64,000 bases of DNA from assembly GCA_965178125.1 (NCBI GenBank), contig OZ237735.1, forward strand, positions 2,170,001 through 2,234,000, in the 5' to 3' direction. Shown piece after piece: positions 27,201-38,355 of the stretch. The notes under the pieces were generated by a model. The model searched no databases. It was not told the origin of the DNA and saw only the letters and a list, made by a program, of their open reading frames with translations. The DNA is from Bilabrum cf. latius (Eukaryota). Numbering within the stretch: the stretch's first letter is position 1; every line of letters begins with the position of its first letter. A program made the position numbers and the translations under genes.

Positions 27201-30200
27201 AGAGTCTCGTCCATTGCCTGACTTTGACCTTGAACGCACACTGAGACAATCTGGTCCAGAAGAAAGTGTTCTTCGCATGGTCTTGGTTCGTGCCTTACGG
27301 CCCGACCGGTTGGAGGCAACGGTGCTGCAGTGCAGCGCGCAACTAGCATGGATTCGCCCTCTGCAGCGGGTGGCTCTTCAGCCGGAAGCTCCTGTCCTTA
27401 CCATTCTTGGTGGCTGCAGGGGGCGACCTGGACCTCTACAGAGCGTTGCGCCAGGAGACATGCCTCGCAAGCCTGGCACTGACCTGTTTGCAATTCTAGA
27501 GACTGACGAGCGCGCCGGGGCCGGTGGCTCCATGTCCGTAGCGGCTCAAATGACACCATAGATGGTGAGTCTGACGGGCACCTCAGGCGGAGCGATCCCT
27601 TCAGACAGCTACGAGGACGACGTTTAGCAGAAACGAGGGTATGCGCTGTTATCTGGGACGTCTATGCCTGGAATTGGGGCAGATAGTATATCTGATGACC
27701 GCATCAACGCCATTAGCTAGCCAGCTGTTCTTGCTGCCGAAGCAGGCAGCTACCGGCCTGTGCTTGTCCTGCTTCCACCGGGCTCTGAGAACCCCAGGCT
27801 GACGCTAGAGACCGCTGCTCGCAAGGCCCAATCAACGCTTGTTGTGGCTCCCGTGGGTGGCGGCAGCGGTAAGGAAATGAGCAGCCTTGTGAGAGGTGCT
27901 GCCAAAGAAGGGGCCTGGCTGCTTCTTGAGAATTGCCATTTGGACCCGCGGTCGACAGCCGCGCTGATGCCCACCATTGAATTCCTCGCAAATGCGCCAC
28001 GGCTGACCGATTCATCAGAGAGTGGAGAGGAGCAACAGCAGCGAAGGGAGGCTATTTAGATTCCAAACGCGCCAGAGCCATCCAGCCACATGCTTCCGCT
28101 CGAGCATTGGGAACGGAAGCACCTGCTTGGGGGAGCCGATATGCAGCAGGAGGATGCAGGCGGTGATGCTTCGGCTCAATCGGCTCACCGTCCGTCGCAT
28201 GCCGACGAGTGCGTGCACCCATCGTTTCGACTGTTCCTTACAACCTCCTCCGCCGGCTACCTGCCAAGAGAAGTCGTGGAAATGTGCGTGGTGGCCTCGG
28301 CCAGCGTGCGTCAGGGCGTGCGCGCCGCTCTGCAGATTGCCACGGCTGACGGTGGTCCGATATCTCGGGACACGCTGGACTATGCAGAAGAAAGCGGAGA
28401 TGAGGACCAAGCGAGGGTGTACCTTGCTACCATTTACAGCCTTGCCTTTACGCATGCGGCCCTGCAAGAGCGCGGGCATTTCGGTCCCGTCGGGTGGCAG
28501 GCGCCGTATTCGTTCCAGACGTCAGACCTTGCGTCATCACTTGACTTCTTGCAGGTGTCCACAGGGCTGGCGGAGGCGTGCTCAGAGAAGCTAAGGATTG
28601 CGCGTCTGGCGGAAGAGCGTCGTCGAAGGGAGCTGCGGCTGGAGGAGCAGCGCCAAGACTCCGCTGGTGCGCCGGCTATGCCTGAGGATGCGGTAGCAGA
28701 CAGGCTTCTGAGCGCCGCCGAAGGAAGGCTCGATGCCACAGTAGAAGAGAAAAGTTCGTCCTCCAGGGCAGCGTCAGATGCATTCCAGATCCAGCCGATG
28801 GACGGGGTGCTCGCTGTCGCTGCCCGGGCAGGGGCTGGTGGGATTGCGTGGTCCTCCTTGAGCCACGTTGTCGGCGCCATCCAATTTGGCGGTCGTGTGT
28901 CCGAGTCAATCGACTCGCAGGTGCTCATGGCGATGACTAGCCGGTGGGTGCAGCCGAGCATCATGGAACCAACGTTCTCGTTCTTGCCTTCGTTGTTGGA
29001 TCCTCAGGATCCCATTGGGAGCACCCCAATGGAGATCCGAGGCGGGATGACTCCATCCATGTCGGCATGGTCGCCCACTGGAGCTTCGCCTGGTGGTGCC
29101 CTTGGAAGCAGGCAGCCCTACGGGGTTCCGATCGCTCCCGATATGGCCACACTTCGGAGAGAGATCGCACAGCTGCCGGAGCGCGACCCGCCGGAACTTC
29201 TCGGCTTGCACCATGCAGCCGCGGAGGATGCCTCTTCAGCCCGTGTTGCGTCCTCGCAAACGACAGCAGCGGCTCTCGTCCCAACCCAGGCATTAGTGAC
29301 CGGTGTTGCGGGCGGAAAAAGTACCGCAGCAACAGCCGAGGGCGCTCCAGACCTATCCCAGCCTACGTGGTTGGCCACCGTTCTGTCGCTGCTCCCAGCA
29401 CCGTCGTTGCGCCTGGATGACGCAATCGCGCAGTCTAGGAGGCTCGAAGTTCGCACTGGTTAGCCCGCACTTGCGCGCTTCGTCCTTGCTGAAACGCAGC
29501 GCGTCGCGTTGCTCAGTGGCTTGGTTCGGGCATCTGTGAACCTGATAGCTGACGGGCCCGGCAGGGGCGGGAATTCAGGTGTGGACGAGTCCTCTGGTGC
29601 GCTGAAGAGGCAGCTTTCCGATGACTTCGCGGCGGGGCGGACCCCTCAGGCATGGTTGCGACTGGAAGAGTCTTTAGGTGAATCTGGCGGTGGCCTGTGC
29701 CACAGGTCTCGGAGCGCGGTGATCGCCGACGACGGCTCTGACGTGTCCTCTGTTCCGCTGGTACGATGGATGTCGGCGCATGCCTCGCGAGAGGAACAAA
29801 TGCGGAGCTGGCTGAGAGATGGGCCCCCCAGGGTGATTTGGTTGGCTGCAATTCTGTCGCCGCAGGCCATGCTTAGCGCACTAAAGCAAGACGCGCTTGT
29901 CTCCCTGGAGTCCGACCGTGTCAAGCAGTCTGGGTTCGGTGGAGATCCATCTGGAAGCGCGGCTAGAATGCCTGCGACTAAGCTCACGCTCGTGGATCTG
30001 CAACTAGCCGTTGTACCGACCGACGCGTTCGAGGATGGAGACATCAAGTCATATCCAAGCCGAGCGCTGCTGCTGGGTGGTCTGGTGCTGGAGGGGGCGC
30101 AATGGTCCTCGGAGGAACGTACGCTGAGCGACCTGCCACTTGGAGGACGGGTCCATCGCGCGCATGCGCCTCTTGTTGCGGTGGTTGCGAGGGCCGTGGA

Positions 30201-30486
30201 TGAGTCTGCCAGGCTTGCAAGGGAAGGGAACCTGTCGGTGACGCAGGGGCTCGCTGCAGCGGATGGAAGCAGCGGTCGGCGAGCTGGGCGGGGCGATGGA
30301 GGTGGAGCTGCTGGCGGGGCAGGTGGCAGTCCTTTCGACTCGTACCGCTGCCCACTGTACAAGTCACCCGCTAGGGGCAAGGCTGCGATGGTGACGACCA
30401 TTTCGATGACCACGCGGGACTAGCCGCCGGAGCACTGGGCGATGAGGGGGGTCGCCATGTTGCTTGGCGATCCCGACCTGGCTTGA
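9238..30486 (+). CDS. Axonemal dynein heavy chain, outer-arm gamma/DNAH5-8-like, divergent and insertion-rich (~7082 aa, apparently intronless)
   Basis: Single frame-1 ORF from ATG 9238 to TGA 30484 with about 55 in-frame TAG and no in-frame TAA/TGA. Motifs: EAKDNVRYL and SRFYNTTERMT (DHC_N1); FPRFYFVSN (DHC_N2); AAA1 GPAGTGKT, WGCFDEFNRI, HYDFGLR; AAA2 [25 protein letters not shown]; stalk coiled coil ~23700-24660; GLEDQL; GAWLLLENCHL; C-terminal YRCPLYK...HWAMRGVAML. Confidence 0.95.
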
Positions 30487-30677
30487 TTCGTGGCACTCTG
30501 CGCAGCAGCAACGAAGAAGTGCGACTTCAGCTCGCAGTTCATGGCTGTGGTTCAAGGCAGAGGCCGGGTTGGCGACGGCATTATCTGTCACCCACTGCCA
30601 GTGGAATGTGATGAATGAGCCGAGAACATACCATTTGTGTATTCAACCTGTCACACTTCCTTTCTTCGAGCAAAATT

Positions 30678-32399
30678 ATGGACGTCATTCAGAACTTATG
30701 CGGAGATTAGTTGGTTCAGTGCAAGCAACATGTTGATGACGTTGTAAGCGAAGCAAGAGGACTTGGGATCGAAGTTGGTGGCGCGGCGGACCTCCTCACT
30801 GAAACCACGAGAGAGAGATTACCGCTCGCAGAAACGACATCAAAGGCATTTTTGGTTTGTATACTATCAGTCATGTCCAACTCGGCGTCTGCGGGGGCAT
30901 GTGCAAAGCTGGCCAAGCTTCGGGAAGAGGTTGGCAGAGAGAGCATCGTGGTAATCCTGCTTCAGCAGGATGGGCTCAAGGCAGCAGAAGACATAGCGCT
31001 GAAGCATTGTTTCATGTTGCCAGTGGCCGCCTACGGCTCGGCTGATACGTACAGACAGTGTGAACTCGAGTTCCGCCAAGCCGCGGGCCTCGGACTAGCC
31101 TGCCAACCGCCAGAACTTGTCGTGTTTGGACGCCAAGATCTTGCGGATAGCTTCTGTTTATTTGGTACTGATGGTGCCGCTGCGCTTGCGGGCGGCTCGT
31201 ACAATGTTGCTCGATTTCCAGACTGGACGACCAACGCGCTCCTCACAAGCAATCCCATGCGGCCCGTGGCACCGGCCGAGGAACCTGACGGCGTGCTTGC
31301 TGCAACGATTGCCCATGAGTCTGCCATCCGATCTGGCATCATGCCTGGAGATACTTGCGTGGTTCGTATTGGTCCCTGTCGCGTGCCGGTGTGGGTAAAT
31401 CGCTCGGACGACCAGGACTCGGGCAGTGACGATGAAGTCGCCGCAGAGGGAGCAGCATCAAGCTCGGCTACGGAAGCATCCAGAGCTGCAGGCGCCAAGT
31501 CGAGCATGCCGGACCCCCTCGAGCTGCCTGTGGGCCGCTTGGTCCTGTCTCCCACCGCGACAGCCTGGCTGGTGCGCGACCTCAACAAGCGATCTGAACT
31601 TGAAATGCAGAGATCAGAACGTGCCGCTCCTTTCGATTCTTCTGCGGGTACACGGGGGCCAAGCGCTACCACAGAGAGCAAGATTGATGATGCGAAAGCT
31701 GGCGGTGAAACCGGTCCGGCCACGCGGACCCTGCGGCAGCTAGCCAAAGCTAGTGAATCGAAGGCGAGTGCGGCTGATGGATCTAGCGGCGCTACCAAGG
31801 ATGAAGTTAGCGTGGTCGTAGACCGGATAGATGAAGCACCAGTCGCCGATTGCGTGTGCATTAGTCCGATCGGTGCAGCGGGCAGCATGGCGCACTTGCT
31901 CGCACAGGAGGCCAAGGACCGAGCACCGGCGGCAAGTTCGAGGTCTAGCAGCGATACCAGCCAATCTGCTGCAAGCATTGCCATTGGTCACACGAGTCCA
32001 CTATTCTCCAAGTGTTTGGCGCAGCATTTTGGGCTCAAAGTGCACGGCGGTGGCAGTGCGGGAGGGATGACCGCAGCGGAGAAAGTCATGGCCGCATTGA
32101 CTGCCCAACAGCAGGCTCTTGATTCCAGTACCGGTGAATCTGGCGGGGACGGGAGCGGCTTGAACCTCGGTGGCTTGCAGACGGCAACCCTCAGTTGGCT
32201 AGAGCGGCTGGCCGGGGAGGCCGAGTGCAAGCAACGGCTGATCCAGTTTGGGGGGATCATCAGCGTGCGGGTGCCTGCTGGTGCGATGGGAGTTTCTTCC
32301 CCGAGCACTGACGAGGTAGCTCAGTTCACCGTGAGCGGGCTATGGCCCAGGTGCTCTGTGGCGTCGGTGGGGCCAAGCACACGATTTGAGCTGCTTTGA
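30678..32399 (+). CDS. 573-aa protein: N-terminal degenerate thioredoxin/nucleoredoxin-like region plus a CDC48/p97 N-domain-like region, no AAA ATPase
   Basis: ATG 30678 (MDVIQNLCGD-TAG-LVQC) extends the 562-aa ORF; TGA 32397. C-terminal half resembles CDC48_N/CDC48_2 (GIMPGDTCVVRIG...RLVLSP...CVCISPI...LFSKCLAQHF...RLIQFGGIISV...AQFTVSGLWP..VASVGPSTRF). Domain calls are by eye. Confidence 0.6.
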
Positions 32400-32921
32400 G
32401 TGACTGTCTCTAACACAACGTAGATTCAGATTGAATTGCCATTAGAGACAATGAATTTCAATACTTCAACAATTGGACAAACCCAGATTTGCTACTGCTT
32501 GCCCGTCAACAGCCTGTTGCCGCATTGGGGGGCACAGCACCTGCCTGCGAAGCACACGACAAAAATAGATTGGAAGATGGGAACTTGCAGATCCGACGAG
32601 GCGTTCCATACAACAACCCCACATTGACACCTAACACAAGCGTCCGATGTCCCAAAATGGCTCAGAGGGATCGATTAAGAGTGTTTTCATGCACGTGCAG
32701 CGCTAACAGCACGCTCTAAAACGAGGAATTGTGTCGACGATCGCTCGCCGACACAACATCATCGCCAAGAACACCGGACCAAACAGGGGCACACACAGCA
32801 TCAACACGCAGCAGTCAGCAAGCAAATGGATGGGTACTCTCTCACTGTTCTTGTTCGGCCATCGACCAAATGGGGTGCGCGTTGCCGCGGTCCCCAGGTT
32901 CGCCCTGCACGCGGTGCTGCA

Positions 32922-34741
32922 TTAAATGGGCACAATGGACATGCCTCCGCCGAGCTTCTTTCGCTTCTTCTTCTTTGGAGGGCCATCTTTCTTTCCTCCT
33001 CCCTTGGATTTGCCCTTGCTACCTTTCGTGTCGCCGGCGCCAGCGGCTGCAGCACCTGACTGGTCCCTGGCTGCAGCTTTCTTGCTGCCCTTTTTCTTCT
33101 GCGACTTTCGCTTGCCAGGCTTAACGACTTGCGCGGGCTGTGTCGCAGTGAGCCCGCCAGCCTGGCTCTCCTCCACTGCATCGGGGTTTGCGATGAGATC
33201 CACTACAGAGATGGGCACCTCGCCGGCCGCTCTGGCTGCCTCCTCCAGCTCTGCGGTGGCGGCTGCAGCAGCCTCTGGGAGTGCGTTGGCTGGGATCAGC
33301 ACGATTCGCCTGAACTCCACGATGGAAGATGGCTTGTCGGCTCCCGTGGTGACCGACGGTGCCTCGGATGCGATTCTTTCCGCATCCCCAGTTGCAGACG
33401 CAGACGAGGATGAGGACGACGCCTGGGCTGCAGGGCCTTGGCCATCGTCCGCGGCATCTGGCTTCCTTTTCTTGCCCTTAGCAGGCACGAGCACAGAGGC
33501 GATGGCATGGCTGCAGAGGTGCGCCTCGTCAAAGTGGAGGTGGTGCACGCCAGGATGGCCAGGCACGTCTCCCTCGGGCCCTGCAGCTGCAGCAGAGGAC
33601 GCAGACGGTGCACTGCTGGCACTGTGCCCAAAAGAAGACGACTCAGCTGCTGCCGCCGCCGACATTGCCGACTTGTCTTTGAAGCAGCGAAACGACGCCA
33701 CGAAGTGTGTGTACCTCGGTGGCGGCTGCTTCGGCAAGCCTTTCGAGCTGGAATTTGACGATGCTGCTGCCTTGCTTGATGCAGATTTACCAGTCAAATT
33801 ACTACCATCTGAATCTGGCTGGTGTAGATAGCTCCACTCGAGGTCATCGGAGAGCGATTTGAGCAGGGTAGGAGCGAGCTCCGCTGGCATGTTGATGATG
33901 CGCTCCGAAACGAGCAGCCCGACCCTGCCGAAGCCGTGGCGGTCGCCTCGTTTAGATGATGCCCCGGAGTCTTCATCGGACTCGCTGTCGCTGCCAACGC
34001 TCTTTGCAGAAGCTGACAAGGCGCCGCTACCGGCAGATGCGAGCCGGAGGAATCTCTCCGCAGTGCGAAGCAACAGCCTCGCAGACTTTCCAGCAGTCAA
34101 AGACTTCTTCCTAATAAAGTGCAATATTTGTTGCACGTATCGATCTTTCTGCAATGGCAGCAAAAAGGCAAGAAATGGAGGAGTACAGATTTGACAGCGG
34201 CTTTTTGGTGCCCTGGTACGATCACGCTGGCATTCAGACTCACGCAATTCTCTTCCAAGTCCAAGACGGTCGCTAGACTGTACACATCATCATCGCCAGG
34301 GACTTTCACTGTCGTGCCGACTTCCGGCTGCGCTACGATCGCGTCAGACATCTTGCTGCTGTCGAAAGCGTCTGATTCACCGGGGATGTAGTCGACCAGC
34401 AACCGCTTGACCGAATGAAAATCAATAGGGGCAGGATCGTAGAAGTTAAAGTCGAACATGCTATGGCTTGCTTCGGTGTTGCCTTGGTTGGGGCCCAAGG
34501 GAATGTCCTCCTCTTCCGAATCGCTGTCGCTCGAGTCATCCGCGTATGCCTCTGATGCACCCTACTGCGCACCCTTATCCTTAGCGTGACTGTAATCATC
34601 GCTTTCAGTGCCATCGCTGAGAGGCAAAGCATCCTCTTCCGGCTCTGCACTTCGCTTCCGACCTTGTTCTTTCGCCCCTGCTGACATCTCCTTGCGAGAC
34701 CGCTTTCGCCCGATGCTTCGAGATACAGGCTTACCTGACAT
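32922..34741 (-). CDS. BCP1: BCP1/BCCIP family protein (574 aa, 2 exons)
   Basis: ATG 34741, acidic N-terminus with one TAG (34562), FDFNFYDPAPIDFHSVKRLL, IVAQPEVGTTVK..DDDVYSLATVL, VGLLVSERIINMPAELAPTLLKSL, HFDEAHL. Intron 34149-34243. Ends at TAA 32922-32924. Confidence 0.92.
34149..34243 (-). other. Spliceosomal intron (95 nt) in BCP1
   Basis: GTGAGT donor, pyrimidine tract, TTGCAG acceptor; joins LDLEENC to KDRYVQQIL and links the two ORF frames. Confidence 0.88.
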
Positions 34742-35216
34742 TGCTAATATACAATAAAAGAGCGAATGTGTAAATATTTGGCGCAGTATTCGGCGGCACT
34801 GCGCTTTGCGCCGCCGCTTTATGTGTTCGTGCGACGATCGTGCGGTGTGCGGCGCCGCGCATGGAACGTTCGATTTCATGTGGTTCCGCAACGTCGAACC
34901 AACCCAGGCGCGAGTGCCCAGATTGGCGGCCCCTGGCTGTTCCTCTCGCTTGTGTACCGTGATATACGGTCTATATCTCGAAATTTCTGTCTTGTTTGCA
35001 CTTTCTGGCTGATACTGTAAAAAGAGAGAACCATTAGGGATACTCTGACCTTGATCCATTGCAATGGGTGATGCAAGCGCGTCCAGGCGATTAGCGGAAA
35101 TTATTTCTAGCCTCAAAGGAGGCAGATAGATCATGCTTAGTAATTAGCTCGTGCGAGCGAGTCAGAGATCGTCAAGGTCCACAAAACGGAGCAGGGCACG
35201 AATCGGCCAGCGAGAG

Positions 35217-38165
35217 ATGGAAGCGAACCAAGACGAGCACTTGATCTCTGCACTGGAAGCCGTCAACCTCATCAGAAGATAGGAAGGAGATAGTATGCAT
35301 ATCCAATGGAACGGTGCAGCTGGCTTGAGAGAGTTTGGAAATCCAGATTGCTCGGCAGCCGCGCTGCGAGCGCTGCGAGCGGTTGAGGGTGCGCATCGAT
35401 CCGCCGATTCCATTGAAGCCTAGCGGCAACGGATCGCTAAAAAGCTATTAGCTCTAGTTGCAGTCCGTGAGGTCAACCGAGAGCTATCGCAGGAACAGCG
35501 AGAAGGCCAGAGCACGGTCGCGCCTAGCACGCCACCCCGAAAGACAAGCACTTCCCCGCGCGGCCAGGCCGCAGCAATCGAAGCGGCCCAGACTCTGTGG
35601 TCGCTAGCTGCCACGCCAAGCGTAGCACCAGCCAGCCCCAAGTCGGCGCGCAGTTTTGGCATGTCGCCGCACCGGGGAGACACCGAGCGTCACAGCCGGC
35701 AAGGGGTGCTTGCTGGCTCGGGGGCCCGTAGAGGCAGGGACCGCGCGGGAAGTATAGAGCTAGATGGCACGTCCTGGGATTAGGTGCAGCTGCAAATGAC
35801 GAGCGCTAGCAGCTAGGACGGTTCAGATGACGACGGTGCTGCGGGTCTGGTCGCGCCGGACAGCCAAGGCGGTGGCGGTGCCGGTGGCACGTCTCGCCAC
35901 CAGCGCAGCCTCAGCATCGACTGGTAGGAGCCCTTAGTGGGGCAGCATTCTGCCCAATCAACAGGCCAATCGAAGAGTGCAGCGTCCGTAGGATCGGCAA
36001 TGATGACGCACGATCGCGAAAACGGTCACGAGCATGGTGAATACGGCACGCGTGCTGGAGGTGAGCCAGCGTTTGGCGCCGGAACTGGGTGGGATTCCCC
36101 GCAGCTCACACCACAGCGGCTCGAGGCAGCCGCTGACAGCGCAGTAACGCCAATGCGCATGAATGATGCTGCTCTGCAAGCCAGTGGCGCCGCTGCTCGA
36201 TCTGACAGCGCGGTCGGGCAGCCACCTCAGCTCCAGGCTAACGTTAGGCTGCCCGCGTCTGCGGTGCTGCTACCGCGGCTGCAACCTGCGATCTTGTCGA
36301 CTGGTCTCAGGTATACCAACAGTGGAGGCCATTCCGAGTCTGGTGCCTGGCAAGCGCATGCCACCGCTGCGTAGCTTGGCTTCGATCGGATTCACGTTCG
36401 ACCTGCGTTGTGCCCAGACGCGCTGCGGCAGGCCAGGAGCTTCAGCCTCCCAGGGGATTTCGACGCCGAGGTTCTGTCAGAAAAGGCCACGGCTGCAGCT
36501 GCTGCAGTTGCCTGGGTCGCATCCATCGGAAATTTGGAAGCCGGCGCGGCCAGATCAGCTCTGCGCTCGGCTGCGTCAACTGCCGGACATCCGGCTCCTG
36601 CGTTGGCCGCAGACCGCATCCTCTCGGCCGTGCAGCAGGCGCATGGGGCACAGGGAGATAAGCTCGAAAAAGTGCGTTTGCTGCTGTCCCAAGAGAAGCA
36701 ACCGGGATCCGCTGCCGCCTCTCTGTCCGGCCACGAGCAAGATTGTTTCTCTGCCGCCATGTGCGACATCGTTTCTGACTTCGACAGCGCCGTGCGCGGC
36801 GCACTATTGAGCGGCAGAGCGGAGCAGCTCCGTGCGCAGAGCAAATAGGCTAGAGAAGCATTGCTGCAGACGCCTTTGCTGGTTTCGGCACCTGGTGGCA
36901 GCCACCGGCGGCCGTCTGCATCTGCATCTACCCCAAGACGCTCCCGTGAGGGCGGACCATAGGGGCATTCACCGCAGCTGCACGACGCTCTCGTGATGTA
37001 CGCAACTGCGCTGGGAGTGGAAGCAACAGTGGCGTAGAGTACTGTTACTGCAGTCCTTTCGGCCATGCGCCGTCAGGGCAAGGTACTTGCAAGCGCGGCA
37101 ATACATGCTATGCGAGATGTGGCCAAGCGCTACGGCACAGGCAGGCAAGCCACGGAAGCAGAGCAGGCAAGGGTCGAGTCCCTGATCAGATCCATTGCAA
37201 CGCAATCGGCATTGCCCTCCGCGGTATCTGCTTCAGCCCCGAGACGTGCCTCGCAAGCGCCCTCGATGCAGGCTGCTGGGAGTGCATCGAAGGCACGGCA
37301 GAGCAAAAGTGCATCTAGGCTATCCGCTGCCCGACCGCCTGGCAGTTCTCCAGGCACATCTTTGAAGCCCAACGCTCGAAGCGGTGGGGAAAAGAAGGCG
37401 ATGAGTGATGACAAAGAGACAGGTGCACAGTCTGGAACCGGGGGTGGGCAAGGCGATGGTTCCTTGCCGGGCGTGCCACAAGTACGTCGCCGCGGTGGGG
37501 CACTTCAAGCGCTGTCCCAGGCCGCCGGTGGTCCCCACGAGCGAACTGCGCGTGCCTCATCTAGTAGCTCATCGGGAGCTGCGGCCGTTCTGAGCGGCGA
37601 GGTGCTTGCTGTGGAGGATCCTGCCAGGTCCTAGCAGGCGAGCGGAGCGGCGGGTGCCGTCGCACACTCCGCTACTAGTACCCCGCCGGAGACTGCGCGC
37701 TCTGCCAGCTCATCCACTGCTGCTGCATCCAATAAGAGCGAATCAGTCGCCCCGCCGCCACCTGGCGATTCTCAAACCGATGGGGATGGGGCACGCGGCG
37801 ATACCACGGCCGACGTGATGCGCCTTGCGGAAGCGACCGCGGTGCGAGCAGTTAGGGCGGCGCAAGCAGTTGGGCTCTCGCTCGGGCAAGTGCTAGAGAG
37901 GGAGGAAGCAGACCCTGACTCGATAATTGCGCGACATAACTCGCGGGGAAGTGACGGAGAGGGTGGGTTGAAACAATCTGTTTATCGAGAAGCAGAGGCC
38001 GCGAAGCAAACGGCTGTGTAGCTGGTGGACGAGATGAAGGCGCTGCTCGCGACTGCCGAGCAAGTGCCTGAGGATGCAAGGGCGGGACTACTCAAGCAGC
38101 ACACAGCTGCAGCTTAGGTGCTTGCTCGTTCCATGGTTCTAGCAGCCATAAAATTGGAAGAATAA
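35217..38165 (+). CDS. Uncharacterised 982-aa Ala/Ser-rich protein
   Basis: ATG 35217. ORF pieces at 35937, 36408, 37065 and 37815 share one frame, joined only by TAG. Ends at TAA 38163-38165, followed by AT-rich intergenic DNA. No family recognised. Confidence 0.75.
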
Positions 38166-38355
38166 CCTGCATATCTTGAATAGGTCTGTTAGCAAACATC
38201 AAAATACGGACAGACACAGCATCACGCTGCCTTTGCACACAAAACGATGGGTCGCCTACCTCTGTTGACATGTTTCCAATCGCTGCTAAACAAAGATACT
38301 CGCGAAGACGCTGCGAGGCGGGGCCAGCGACTCTGCCGACAGTCACCTGCATCGC

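Noticed and set aside
9238-30486. Dynein (and other genes) as pseudogenes full of nonsense mutations
   Set aside because: All interruptions are TAG, with no TAA/TGA or frameshifts over 21 kb. Key motifs are intact and the same pattern holds in almost every gene.
31031-33831. Long antisense or alternative-frame ORFs (e.g. 31031-31984 -, 32926-33831 +; also 7572-8462, 43833-44786, 52932-54104)
   Set aside because: They are shadow ORFs of GC-rich coding sequence, fully overlap better-supported genes and have no recognisable motifs.
34860-34905. GTTCGA T-loop-like sequence as a possible suppressor tRNA
   Set aside because: No T-stem or cloverleaf can be built. I found no tRNA in any spacer.
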